Part shown: positions 51,878-64,000 of the stretch, one piece after another
Layout: each line of letters begins with the position of its first letter
How positions within the stretch are numbered: position 1 is the first letter of the stretch
NCBI GenBank assembly: GCA_053919585.1
Contig: CM132791.1
DNA: 64,000 nt
Direction: 5' to 3' (one strand)
Origin: Euprymna scolopes
Taxonomy: Eukaryota
Program-made: the position numbers and the translations under genes
The notes under the pieces: generated by a model
The model's database searches: none
Seen by the model: the letters and a program-made list of their open reading frames with translations, nothing else
Told to the model about the DNA's origin: nothing

Positions 51878-54746
51878 TGTTAATATTGCAACTGTTCCTT
51901 TCAGTCTGAATTATATTAAACAAACGTAAACGCACTTTCTCTGAGGCCAGTATTAAAAATTGTTTGTTAAAATCGGACATTACATTCCGACCAATCGAAT
52001 GCAAGGAAATGTGTACTTTTATTTTATTCGAAAACTTAGACTTACATTGTGATGCTCTTCATTTTCATCATTTTAATCTCAATACATTTCAGCATCACTG
52101 AAGCGATCACACTACGCACAAAAGAGAACACGAAATCAATCATTGAACGTGTCCAACCATTTAAAATGGATTGGTCACGTGATTTAAACCGCGCTTAGAA
52201 AGTCCACTCAACCATTTCTATAAAATAAAATAACCCAGCTGAATTCTTACCGATAATGAAACAAGAACAAAAAAAAGAATGAAACTACGATGAACGATTT
52301 TAAAAGGTGGGCGCGCGGTGTCATAGCAATCGATGGATGTGCATAGCGTTAGTAAAGGGGGATGAAATGCTCTTTTTAGGACACCGTTCCGCTGTAGTTA
52401 TAGAATTTTTCATTTATTTAAATAACTAAAAATATAAAATGTAAACAAAAAAATACATATAAACATCGAATATGAAAGGAAAAAGTACGCACAAAGCCAT
52501 ACGTGGAATCCAATTGGTTTTCGATAACACTTAAAAGGATTTGTTTGGTTGGTTTTGTTTCAGAATGTATATCGATTGGGGTTTTAGTCGTTCGAGGGTA
52601 TCGATGTTTCATATTAATAAAAAAAAAACATAAATACACTTTTTTTATTGATTCTTATATATTTATAATTCTTTGTTGTATTTAAAATATTTATAATTAT
52701 ATTTTTGTAAGTTTAAATATTTTTCAACCAGATTTATTTTATTTTGATCCGCGTATTATTTTACTGCATTCCCTGCGAACTCTCATTATTTCTTAGAAAG
52801 TTGTGTTGCGTCATTTGTAATCCGAATTTGACTGGGGAAATTTAGAAACCCAAACAATCTTTACTCACAATATAGAACCACATGTTACTATGGAGCATGC
52901 GTTTTCTCTGGGTATTAAATTATTTCTTGAACCAAACTAGAAAGAATTGACTTAGAGCGTTTTAGGTTGGAAGGATGAAGACGTTAAATAATACGAATGA
53001 GGATGTAAAATAAATTATGTGTTTAAGAGATTAGAGAAGATGCCTGTAATAAGTTCTCATTGCTGTATTTTATTCCAAATCCTTCTCTTATCATTTCACA
53101 ATCACGCTGTTAGTTTTTCGATTTGGTAATAAAATTAATATATCATTCGTTTATCGGAGATGCAATAATATTTATAACAAACACAAATCAGTTTTTTTTT
53201 TTCAAAATCCGAAACATATCGATGGTGTATATTGTTGGTCCAAAAAGATTATGCAGTTTTTTTTTAATTTTATTTTTAAAATTTATCTTTAACTAATTAA
53301 AATTCATACACTGGTGATTTGAGGAAATATATGCTTGAATAAAAATAATAAGTACATGAATAAGTTAAAATTTATTGATGTTCGAAATTCTATATTAACA
53401 TAATAATCCTGGGGTATGTAAGTGACTCTATAATATCACTATATTGAATATTTTTTCTTATTATATTTCCGGTTTTTTTTTATATAGGATGCGTTTGAGT
53501 AGTTTGACCTTCTAAAATATGATACATGAATTTAACTGAAAGTTTAATTTACATATAAATATCGATTTAATATACTTCAATGTATAATATTTATGCTACA
53601 TTTTATATACATTCTATTACATATAATGTCAGGGTTTTATATAAAATTAGTTTCTGTTTATTCGATTAGATATTTTTCAAAAAGATAAAAATCGATGCAT
53701 CAATATGTGTTCTTTATCTCCAGGTAATTGTGAAAGTAAGACCAATAAAGAGGAGTGAATTTATTTTATTGATTATCTTATTTGTACTCATTTAAAAATA
53801 GGTTTACGTAATTGACTGAAAAAAATATCCTTGTATTTGATTTACCAAAAATTAAATTACAAGCCCATACACCGAATACTTATATATGTGGTTGTGACCT
53901 AATTAAAACGATTAATGTCCAAATGTCATGAAACTGAAGTTATCAGTTTATTATAGAATCGGTGTAAGGCTGTAAGAGTCGGACATGGAAGCTATTACAA
54001 CTGTCAAAGATTAACACACGATTTCTCTGACGGAAACGACTTAAGCTATTCATGCAAAACAACGTGGCAATTATTCCCACGAGTAGGAAACAAATTCATG
54101 TATTTTATGTTCCAAAAGGATATTAAGACAGAAATCTAAACACTGAGGCCAAGCCAGGTGATAAAGAAGAACGCTTCATAATCTTACCTTTATTCAGCGA
54201 TTATATTTTTGAATTAATTGTAATCTCCTGACAGAGAGATCAATAACTAAGAGATAGTCACTATACACTTGTGAAACGTCTCTTAATAAATATGTATATC
54301 AGACAAAGTAAAATTGCATAACGTATGTCATTTTTAGATTAATTTAAAATAGCATATATTTTTTAATCTGCAGGACTACCTATAAGATGAGGTTGATCTG
54401 TATAAGCAATTTCCGCATAGATTTTTATTTCTATATTTGTCATTATTTCTCCCTGAACTCAATTTGCATTATAATTATTTATTCACTATCCGCTAATTGG
54501 AGGCCTTCGCTCTATTGTGTAGATAACTGATTGTCAATGCATACTCACGGGGTTTTCAAGTTTTAAAAGTCGTCTATGTATTGGTGAACATACTCTGTGC
54601 TGCTACAAATATTAAATATATGTTTAACAATGAATAAATAAAAGCAAATGTGTATCTTTCTTTCTCTTTACATTTGCCAACTATCTGTCATTGTCTAAGA
54701 TAATTTCATGATTTCATTGTCATTTTAGAGGGCAACAGATACAAAA

Positions 54747-54813
<67 letters not shown>

Positions 54814-54829
54814 CATGAGAACAAATAGT

Positions 54830-55042
54830 TCATAAAACATGTTACAAAAACACTTTGAAAAAGTATTAAAAACATATTTAATCTGAAAAGGAAACACTTC
54901 ATAAGGGGATATACCTTAATCCGCGGAGTTTCGAAGAAATGCTTTCCTTTTCACCAGAAGGTAGGAATTAGCAAAATGCGGGATCGGATTTTGCATACAA
55001 AAGTATTTGATGAAACTGCAAGTGAGTCACAGATCTTACTTG
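54830..55042 (-). mobile_element. About 210-bp repeat carrying a decayed hammerhead (copy 1; ribozyme at 54912-54963)
   Basis: Homologous to 62650-62861. The reverse complement reads accttCTGGTGAaaagga..tttcttcGAAActccgcggaTTAagg. Confidence 0.65.
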
Positions 55043-58000
55043 ATAACAAAAAGTGAAGAAGAGGGAACATGGTGAAGGAAAATATAATTTCATGTGAATG
55101 GACAGCCATGTTCTTACATATAATGTTCTGTTTGTAATCTAAATTTTTCTCACTGAATTTACTCAAATAAAATAAATGTGTTATTAATATCATACATAAC
55201 ATAAACGTACTGCTATATTGTATGCATTTTAAACCAAAGATACATTGGGATAAGTGTGCTGTTGCCGTGGGCAATGTTTTGCATTCGATACATGAACATG
55301 GGTACCTTAAGCTACCCAACAAATTCACGATATTTTTAGATAAATATAGCTAATTTTGAAAATGTTATTTATTTCCTAATATGTACGTTTTATTTCTAAA
55401 ATAGTTATTTCAAATATCAGTCTTAATATATTATTCGAATTAATTTTTGTAATAAACAAATTATAGATTTTTACTATTTATGTAGATATGTATGGTTCCT
55501 GTTTTGATTGAAACACACATATTCATAGACGCGTGTGATGTTAAATAGTTTAGTGTTATATATGGAAAAAGTTAAATGTACTAGATAATATAGCTATTAA
55601 ATGGACTTAATGGATAATAATTAATAATTAGAAATTAATCGGATTATGTTTATAGAAAATTATTTTTATATAAGAAAAATATGATTGAAAAATGTTTATA
55701 AAAATCGGAATAACTTGAACATGCAAACAGTATTATATGTTTAATATACTGTCTGCTAAATATAATGGGCATAAAATATACTGCTTTTTAAATAGAATGT
55801 TGAAATAAAATATACTGCTTTTTTAAATAGAATGCTAAAGCCTTATTGGATAATTTATTTCCAGCCTTAAAATTACAATTAATTGAAAATACTAATCTAG
55901 CAAAATATGTAATATTTTACATACAACACCGCATGAAAAACGGCATGACCGTTCATGACAAAAGTATATTATGTAAAGTATTTTCCATTAGTTATTTTGC
56001 TAAATTAGTATTTTAAATCGTATTATAATGCATTTTCATTTAAGTCCATTATATTTAACAAGCATAATCAGAAGACAGATGCAACCTGTAAAGTATGAAA
56101 AAAATTTTCACAAATTTTTTTAACGGCGTATGTTGTTTAAGGTTTAAAAAATGCGTACGCTTTCTAAATTTTCAACAAAATTTTATTCCGAAAGAAACTA
56201 ATATAACTGTCTTTTAATATTGACAGAATAATGAAAATATACAAATTGCTAATCAGAATCAAATATCTATCTATAAAATGCAGTGGCAAGAAACTGGCTA
56301 GTCTTTTTCATGCACTACATAGTGTCCTTGGAATTATCTACTTTTTGTGAACATGTTATAAGATCTGTTAATCGAAGTGACGTGTTGCATAGTAAGTGGC
56401 AACTTATAATTAAAAAAACAACACTAACTTCCATACAATTGTAGAAGATATATAAACTGTAAGTTGATGTTAAAATGTTGAGTGAATGGAGACAAAATAC
56501 CTTTTAGATACACTTATTATTACTTTATTCAGTTATTGTTCGTTCCATGTTCAAATACACGACTAGTAAAGATAAACTGTTTTCGAACACAGACGAGTGT
56601 CATAACAATACGTAAACTAATATAAGAAAGTTTATGCATAAACACACAATATACCATATGTAAATCATGATGGTCTGACAACTAAATCCTAAGTGAACTA
56701 AGGCGCATGATTTCAAGTTTCTTACTACTGACAAACACGCTGAAAGTAGAGTTTGAATTCTTATGTAACGATCCGTAAAGCACTGAAATGCTGACAGCCG
56801 GGAATGAATACACAGCTTAAGGATGTTTATCTAACTGAACGCGCTAGTGAAATATCATTGCATAACTGAACATAAAAACAATAAATCTTTTCAGTGTCTC
56901 AGACACAGAATTGAAATCGATACCCATAATCTCTTATTCCTCCATGTGTGTTTCATATATTTTTTATTGTTACATGTACTGAAAACACCAATAATAAATT
57001 GTATTATTTTGATTATTTCGACTATTGTTCATAAGTTAGATTTTATTCCCAGAATATACTTATCTCTGTCATTATTTTATGACGGTTCCTGGTTCAACGG
57101 ACACAAGTGACAAGTACCTCCCCGCCCTAAAGTAGTTGTTTTAATACTCAGTATAAAGGATGTATAGAAATAATTTACGAATTACTGATCAGTTTTCTTA
57201 GTCGTGGCGGATGGAATAAGAGCCTGTTGCTCAATAGTTTAAATGATGTGAGCTAAACATTGTGGACATTAATTATCATATTAGAACAAAGGTCCGATTA
57301 TTGCAAATAATAAAATAAAACTGCGCAACACTTGAAAATTATGAGTTTTCTGCTGTCATTTGTAGATACGTAATTGTATATACCACCATTTCTTTTATTG
57401 ATTTTGGCAAGTTATATCGATTTTTCCCCAACATTGTCACTTCCGAAAATAAAGTAGCGATGCATAGTGCTTAGAGTAGTGAAGATGGCGAGAGATTCCA
57501 TCAGAATATTTTTAATGCTTAAGAAACTTTTTAAAGCATAACGTTATCATGTTATGTTAGCAGACTTCTGTTGGAATATAAAACAAGAGAAAGTCACTCA
57601 ACACGAAAGAGTTTCGAAAGCAAATTTCTTTATAATTCATTTTATTTGTATTTTTTAAAACCAATACTAATTTTGAAAAATATGATTTATCCCAGATGAA
57701 AACCTTGCTTAATCTAGAGAAATAAATATCAGATTTTGTAGCGAAATAATGTTTAAAGACCGAAATATATCTTGCGGGTCATTTACTCTTAAAACCTTAA
57801 ATTTGTTGCACAGTGTAACCACTTACATTCACACTAATTCCGAAAGACCACACGTAATAATTTATTAAATACAATAAAAGATAGACTATACTTATACTAT
57901 TATATCCAATAAATATGCACACTAACATGAAACTATATTTCCCAGAGTTTTCGTGCACTTTAAAGCCGGATACGTACGCCAGAAACACACGGACACCTCA

Positions 58001-59247
58001 TACATTTGATTGGAGGACATTTTTAATCTTAGATTGTTTAATTTAAGTTATATTTATATCGGAAAAGAAGATATCTCTTACATGAACACATAAAAGAAAA
58101 ATATCTCTTACATGAACACATAAAAGCGTCTGAATTATTTTACATCTAATGTCATTAGTTATAATTGTACGGCCTTACATGAGCGATAGAACGTCAATAA
58201 CATAATTCGTTACAATAAATTCAGTATCTATACATCTATAGACAACTGAGAAAATATTCTCAAAGCAATTTCGACAACCACTAGACAAACATGTTGTTCG
58301 TATCTAAAATTATAAAGACAAATCCATTAAAATAAAAACCAATATAAAAATTAAAGGTTATTAAGGCAGATTATATCGATAGGCTCTTCATCAAAATTTA
58401 ATCTTATGAAGTAACAACGTGAAAGATGGGAAAATATCTCTCATGACGAATCCGCCGATGCAATGTGTTGTTTTGTAATTTACACATTTGATTACTATAC
58501 AAATAAATTATAATCTCGACATTGAATTCCTTACGTTAAGCAATTGAACACGATGTTGATAAGTACAGATCTAAATGAAAATAATTGCAGCTTGCAGAAA
58601 ATATTTGAGACATGACGATTTCTAAACATTTTTATGTCAATTTATGCAAGTGTGTTTCTTGATGTTTCAAAAAATACATGTACAATTTACGTGATGTTTA
58701 TTTTAATCCAAAATATTTTACTTAACAAACAAATCTACAGCGAAACATTTCATGNNNNNNNNNNNNNNNNNNNNNNNNNNNNNNNNNNNNNNNNNNNNNN
58801 NNNNNNNNNNNNNNNNNNNNNNNNNNNNNNNNNNNNNNNNNNNNNNNNNNNNNNNNNNNNNNNNNNNNNNNNNNNNNNNNNNNNNNGAGATGTGTAGAAA
58901 TATATGCGATAAGTTGTTTAATTGTGTTATTCTGTTGGGGAGTATATGATCTGAATTTAAAATTATCTACACACTCATGTACACATGCAAATACACACAT
59001 ACATATTTGTATACATAATTTGACGTTCAGATACCATACTCCCCGAATAGCATTGTATAAATTACATATACGCAATGGCTTCCGAGTTTCTATGACGTTT
59101 ATATAATTAACAGGATTATTATTTTCTGTTTTATATAATATTATTAAAAATAACAACAATATAAATTTGATATCTTTATATTATCTACTCTCTTTGAGTA
59201 CGGTGTATAAAAATACAAATTACATTTTCTATCATAAAATATACCCA

Positions 59248-59460
59248 GGTATGCCCTTTTTAAATATATCACATATTTAAGCTATGCCCTCTTTAAATGT
59301 TAGCTATGCATTTTTAAATATATTACATACTTAAGGTATTCACTTTTTAAATATACTACATATTTTAGGTATGCACTGTGTAAATATATTACATATTTTC
59401 GTCATGCACTTTTTAAATATATTAGATATTTCAGTCATGCATTTTGTAAATGTGTTATTC
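59248..59460. repeat. About 33-bp minisatellite (about 6 units)
   Basis: Unit approximately ggtatgcactttttaaatatattacatatttta. Confidence 0.85.
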
Positions 59461-59463
59461 ATT

Positions 59464-59515
<52 letters not shown>

Positions 59516-59639
59516 GCACTAAATTTGGTTTATTATTTTCTCTGTTTCAGAGTGAACATTCTATATATAGGAATTAAATCGCAAGTATTATTGCCACTAA
59601 TCCTCTCATCTGTTGTCACCTACAAAGACCAAATACGGT

Positions 59640-59900
59640 GGTTTTTGTTTTACGGCATATCAACCCTTTTGTGTACCTTAATGCCGAATCCAGTGATGTT
59701 GAAGAACAATTTCTTAATAGAGTATATTTGTTCTTTTAGGTCGGTTTCTATAACCCATAGTTGGGACCCTAACAGGCACTACCACTCCGGGTCAGAATTT
59801 ACCTGGGAGCAATGAGAATTAAAGGGTGGTTCCACACTCCCCAAATCCCGCAAGCTGGGGTCTCACCATCGGATATAGTTTAAGGTTATATCCAGGACCC
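59640..59900. mobile_element. Interspersed SINE-like repeat resembling an abundant octopod family
   Basis: I recognise tacggcatatcaacc..taatgccgaatcc and gggaccctaacaggcactaccactccgggtcaga from memory as common Octopus repeats. This was not searched. Confidence 0.55.
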
Positions 59901-60649
59901 GTACAAAGATCAACTAGATTTATATCACTAAATAAGACACTGTATTACATCAGCAATACTTCAATTGAGACAGCGTATGCTACGTATCTTGTCATTCTTT
60001 GTTTCTTTAGAAGGAAACAACATAGATTGTTATAATACTGGAATCACAAATGGTAATGCCTATATATGGAAGAACTCCACAATATTTACAGATGAATATT
60101 TTGCCGCCGAATATTCTTTGGAGAGTGTAAACTTTAAATGAATCTAAGCCTGTAATTTAGGATGAACCTCATATTAGCTGTCACGTCAGAATACAAACAC
60201 ACAAGAACCAGGTTATTCTAGGTGGTTGTAAGTATACACAAAATTACAATAAGGCGGATGTGTTACAGGAGTCATTGCCATTCATGCTTCCTAATATACA
60301 TAAATGACTACATTAATGAAAGTGTGCTTGGCATTGAAATATACATATTTCCGGTCTAAAAAATATATAAGAAAGAACTGAATGAAAACGTATTCATGTC
60401 AACTGTGTAAACCCTAGAAAATTACTTTACATCTCTATTTAGATCAGGCCATAAAATGGAACATAAAATGTTATACTATTAAGAGTAAGCTTTTTTTATT
60501 CTTTTCCATCTATAATACTTTCTCCGCTTATGCTTGCCATGACAAATAAAACTCCACTTGAAAGTCATTTTTTTTCAAAATATTAAGCTTAAGATTCACA
60601 TGCAGTATAATTTGTAACGAATGGGTTGAGGATAATGCCAAGGCTACGG

Positions 60650-61030
60650 AATAGTGGGATCCCTCTACCGTTCTAGAAATATTATTTTCACCAAAGAACA
60701 TCCTATATGCTTACTGATCTGCATTTTACCCATGCAAGGAGTATTTGAGCGGAATTTATACTTGTGCATCTACAACTAGACGTTTCTTCATAGACAGGGT
60801 CAAAAAACGAGTTTAAGATCTAATGGATTAGGAATACCCAATCTCCAACTACTGTCATATTAATGCAATGGTACATTCCTGTATTTGTTTTATTACCAGA
60901 GAACTCATATCACTTGCGCCTCTGCGATAAAAAACCAAGCAGCAAGAGCTCATCTCTTCATTGTCAAGGTCCATAAATGTGAGAACGCCCTCCACTCGTA
61001 TGCATTCTAACCGCCAACTACTAGATTTTA
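60650..61030 (+). mobile_element. CR1-like LINE ORF2 C-terminal fragment
   Basis: Frameshifted peptides VGSLYRSR, FSPKNILYAY*SAFYPCKEY, IDRVKKR, LQLLS and RELISLAPL. Confidence 0.65.
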
Positions 61031-62116
61031 ACATTTATTTTCTGTTCCTGCTAAGCTGTATAGAAAGTCTAAAGGATTATGATCCAAGTGGCAATATGCG
61101 GAAAAGAAAGAGTAACGAAACTACCAAGATCAATATTATTTTAGGAAGACTATACAAGAAATATCGGTGTTTTCAGGCGAGGGAATAGCAAAGTGAAATT
61201 CCATCGAGAAGTCATGAGATATGTCTTATTCTGAGAATAAGCTAAATTGTAGGCATAACATTTGGAGGGAGTTTATTAGGTTGACAAGAGTAAAGTGGAG
61301 GGTTTGCTCGTATAATATTAGGAATATCCTATGAAAATAACAGTAAGTCTATAAGTTAGGCGAATCAACTTATTTTGGCCCTGAAGTATACAGTTATTTT
61401 CGCAAATTTACGTCTAGAATAGACCCACGTTGCCGCCTCCAGTAATTATTCTTCTTCCTCTTATTATTATTATTATTATTATTATTAGTAGTAGTAGTAG
61501 TAGTAGTAGTTGCAGTAGTAGTAGTTGCATAGTAAATGATTAGTAGTTAATTAAACGATAAGAAAATAGCCGCCCATTATAAAGTATCAGAAGTCATGTT
61601 TGTAAATTAAAATCTTAATGTAACTTGATCAATCCACATCTGTTGTAATATAAACATGGTGACATTCCTAATGTATTATAAAGAAAGCAAACGAACTCTT
61701 TCAATTTAACTTAGATTATGAAAATGTTATTTGCCTTTCTTAAAATTAGATGCACACGCACAGCCTCTCTCTCTCTCACACACACACATAAACACACACA
61801 AATATATAGTAAAACATACTATTATATATACTGCTAATAAAGTTGTTTAGACAGTTGGATTAAACCTCGAACATTTAGAGATTTTAGTTGTGTAAGTGAA
61901 CTTTCATATTTACTTAGGAATACCTTGGACGTGCTTATTGAAAAGCTTTTTACACAATTCATTCCCTAACTTGTATTGATAGCTTTCATTCCTCATAAAA
62001 CACAACCCTAATTGTGATACAACACTTATATTTAAAACAGGTATTGAAAATTTGTTGAGAGATGGGCACTAAAGGGACACTACGGAAGCCAATTATTTAA
62101 TCAGGTATGGTATATG

Positions 62117-62195
<79 letters not shown>

Positions 62196-62230
62196 GGAAT
62201 GAAAAAATATAACCAGCGGTGGTTGACGTT

Positions 62231-62556
62231 ATGTTTAAAGAAAAAATAGAAAAAAACGAATGAAATTATTAAAAAATCAACGTTTCGTCCTTGTTTCAGA
62301 GAACATCTTCAGGATAATTGAAATAAAAATGTGATAAAAGAAAAAGTCATAGATGGTGCGAAAAAAGACAGTTTTTTAAAATCCAACCCATGTCCCGACA
62401 TGGGTTGGATTTAAAAAAAACTGTCTTTTTTCGCACGATCTATGACTTTTTCTTTTATCACATTTTTATTTCAATTATCCTGAAGATGTCCTCTGAAATA
62501 AGGACGAAACGTTGATTTTTTAATAATTTCATTCGGTTTTTTCTATTTCTTTTTTA

Positions 62557-62561
<5 letters not shown>
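62231..62561. repeat. Near-perfect 330-bp palindrome between two (TA)n tracts, with a minimal hammerhead in each arm
   Basis: Centre catgtc-cc-gacatg at 62389-62402, with arms of about 165 bp and few mismatches. Confidence 0.95.
62477..62516 (+). ncRNA. Minimal PLE-type type I hammerhead (mirror copy on the minus strand at 62276-62315)
   Basis: ATC-CTGAAGA-t-GTCCT ctgaaata AGGAC-GAAA-CG-TT/GAT, with palindromic AACGTT in place of stem III. Confidence 0.75.
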
Positions 62562-62635
<74 letters not shown>

Positions 62636-62649
62636 GAAGAAATGATTAA

Positions 62650-62861
62650 TAAAACATGTTAAAAGACATCTTGAAAAATAGTTAAAAACATATTTAATTT
62701 AAAAAAAAGGAAGCACAAGATAAGAGGATAGCCCTTAATCCGCGGAGTTTCGAAGAAATACTCTCCTTCTAATCAGAGAGCAGGAATTAGCAAAATGCGG
62801 AATAGGATTTTGCATGTAAAAGTATTTAATGAAACTACAAGTAAGTCACAGATCTTACTTG
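62650..62861 (-). mobile_element. About 210-bp repeat carrying a decayed hammerhead (copy 2; ribozyme at 62731-62781)
   Basis: The reverse complement reads GCTCT-CTGATTA-GAAGGA gagtat TTCTTC-GAAA-ctccgcgga-TTA/AGGGC. Confidence 0.65.
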
Positions 62862-64000
62862 GTTAAAAAAGGGTGAAGTAAGGGGAATAAGAGGTAAAAG
62901 AAAAATGATTTCGGTTTTATTGAGCTTTTACATCTGGTTGAGATTACTTTACTTGTAAATATTAACTCTTTAATATTTACAATATATTTAAGTTTACCAT
63001 TTTGATTACCTTGGTAAAATTATTGTAATTTATATATATAATTTTAATTTTTCATGCAACACTTATTACATTAAGTGTCATTTTCACAACCTTGCCGTCG
63101 ATGCTACCTCCGACATTCTTCCGGTGTATCTGGACGAACTTAGAGATTATCCTGTCGATTTCACAGAATTCCGGATTGAATTATTTACTTTATTCACGGG
63201 AGTAGCATGCTCTCTCTCTCTCTCCGTCAGTAGTTCGCACTTACATTTTTGCTCGCCTGCATTTGAGGATTGAATTATCAAGAATTAAGAATAATTCATG
63301 TTTTACAACGAATGTTTTTATAGCATACTACCGACTGCGACACCTGTTGTTTCGTTCTGTATTCTGTAACGATCCCTGAGTTTGATAAGAGACACTTATT
63401 TAAGATTTTAAATCGAAAATTACTCCAACTCTACATAGAAGCTAACAGCGTCCGCGAGGTTAAACATCTAACGACTTTTTGACCACTTCTTTACTTTTAC
63501 GCATATACAACAACGAATTTAATATTGAGTACGAATAAAAAAAATTAAATTGAAAATATATAGATAAGAGAAATATAGTATAGGGTGAAAAAACGGAGAC
63601 AAGAGGTCAAAGTCACNNNNNNNNNNNNNNNNNNNNNNNNNNNNNNNNNNNNNNNNNNNNNNNNNNNNNNNNNNNNNNNNNNNNNNNNNNNNNNNNNNNN
63701 NNNNNNNNNNNNNNNNNNNNNNNNNNNNNNNNNNNNNNNNNNNNNNNNNNNNNNNNNNNNNNNNNNNNNNNNNNNNNNNNNNNNNNNNNNNNNNNNNNNN
63801 NNNNNNNNNNNNNNNNCACAATTTACGTGACATTAACAAATGAATTTATAAAAATAGTCTGTACAATATATGAAAAAAAAAACGCTTAGATGTTTGTTAA
63901 ATTTACAAATACTTAATATGTACATGATAATTTTGCCCCTTGCGGGAAAAATAAAATTCTACCATTTCTAGGATTTTATATACAAACAGACTGAAACTCA

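Noticed and set aside
58071-58126. 30-bp tandem duplication (a similar one at about 55772-55835)
   Set aside because: Ordinary local slippage duplication.

Overview
AT-rich eukaryotic draft-assembly sequence with ten N-gaps and very dense (TA)n, (TAA)n, (GA)n and (TCTA)n microsatellites. I see no intact protein-coding gene, and almost all long ORFs in the track are microsatellite or N artefacts. The repeat repertoire resembles an octopod cephalopod, which is an inference from recalled repeat families and is not verified. The window is mostly decayed mobile elements: Penelope-like (GIY-YIG) fragments, RTE, R4/Dong and CR1-like LINE fragments, three Tc1-family relics (one with DD37E spacing), a cecropia-type mariner, non-autonomous Helitrons and one old Ty3/Gypsy element with two LTRs. 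The main discovery is a 345-bp tandem retrozyme-like element at three loci. Each unit joins a tRNA-like Pol III A/B-box domain to a type I hammerhead ribozyme with a palindromic stem III. The well-preserved copies have no TTTT terminator on the sense strand, and the copies abut (TA)n with a shared 3' end. Five further distinct hammerhead motif families (intact or decayed) occur in the same 64 kb, most next to (TA)n tracts, along with several long foldback palindromes.
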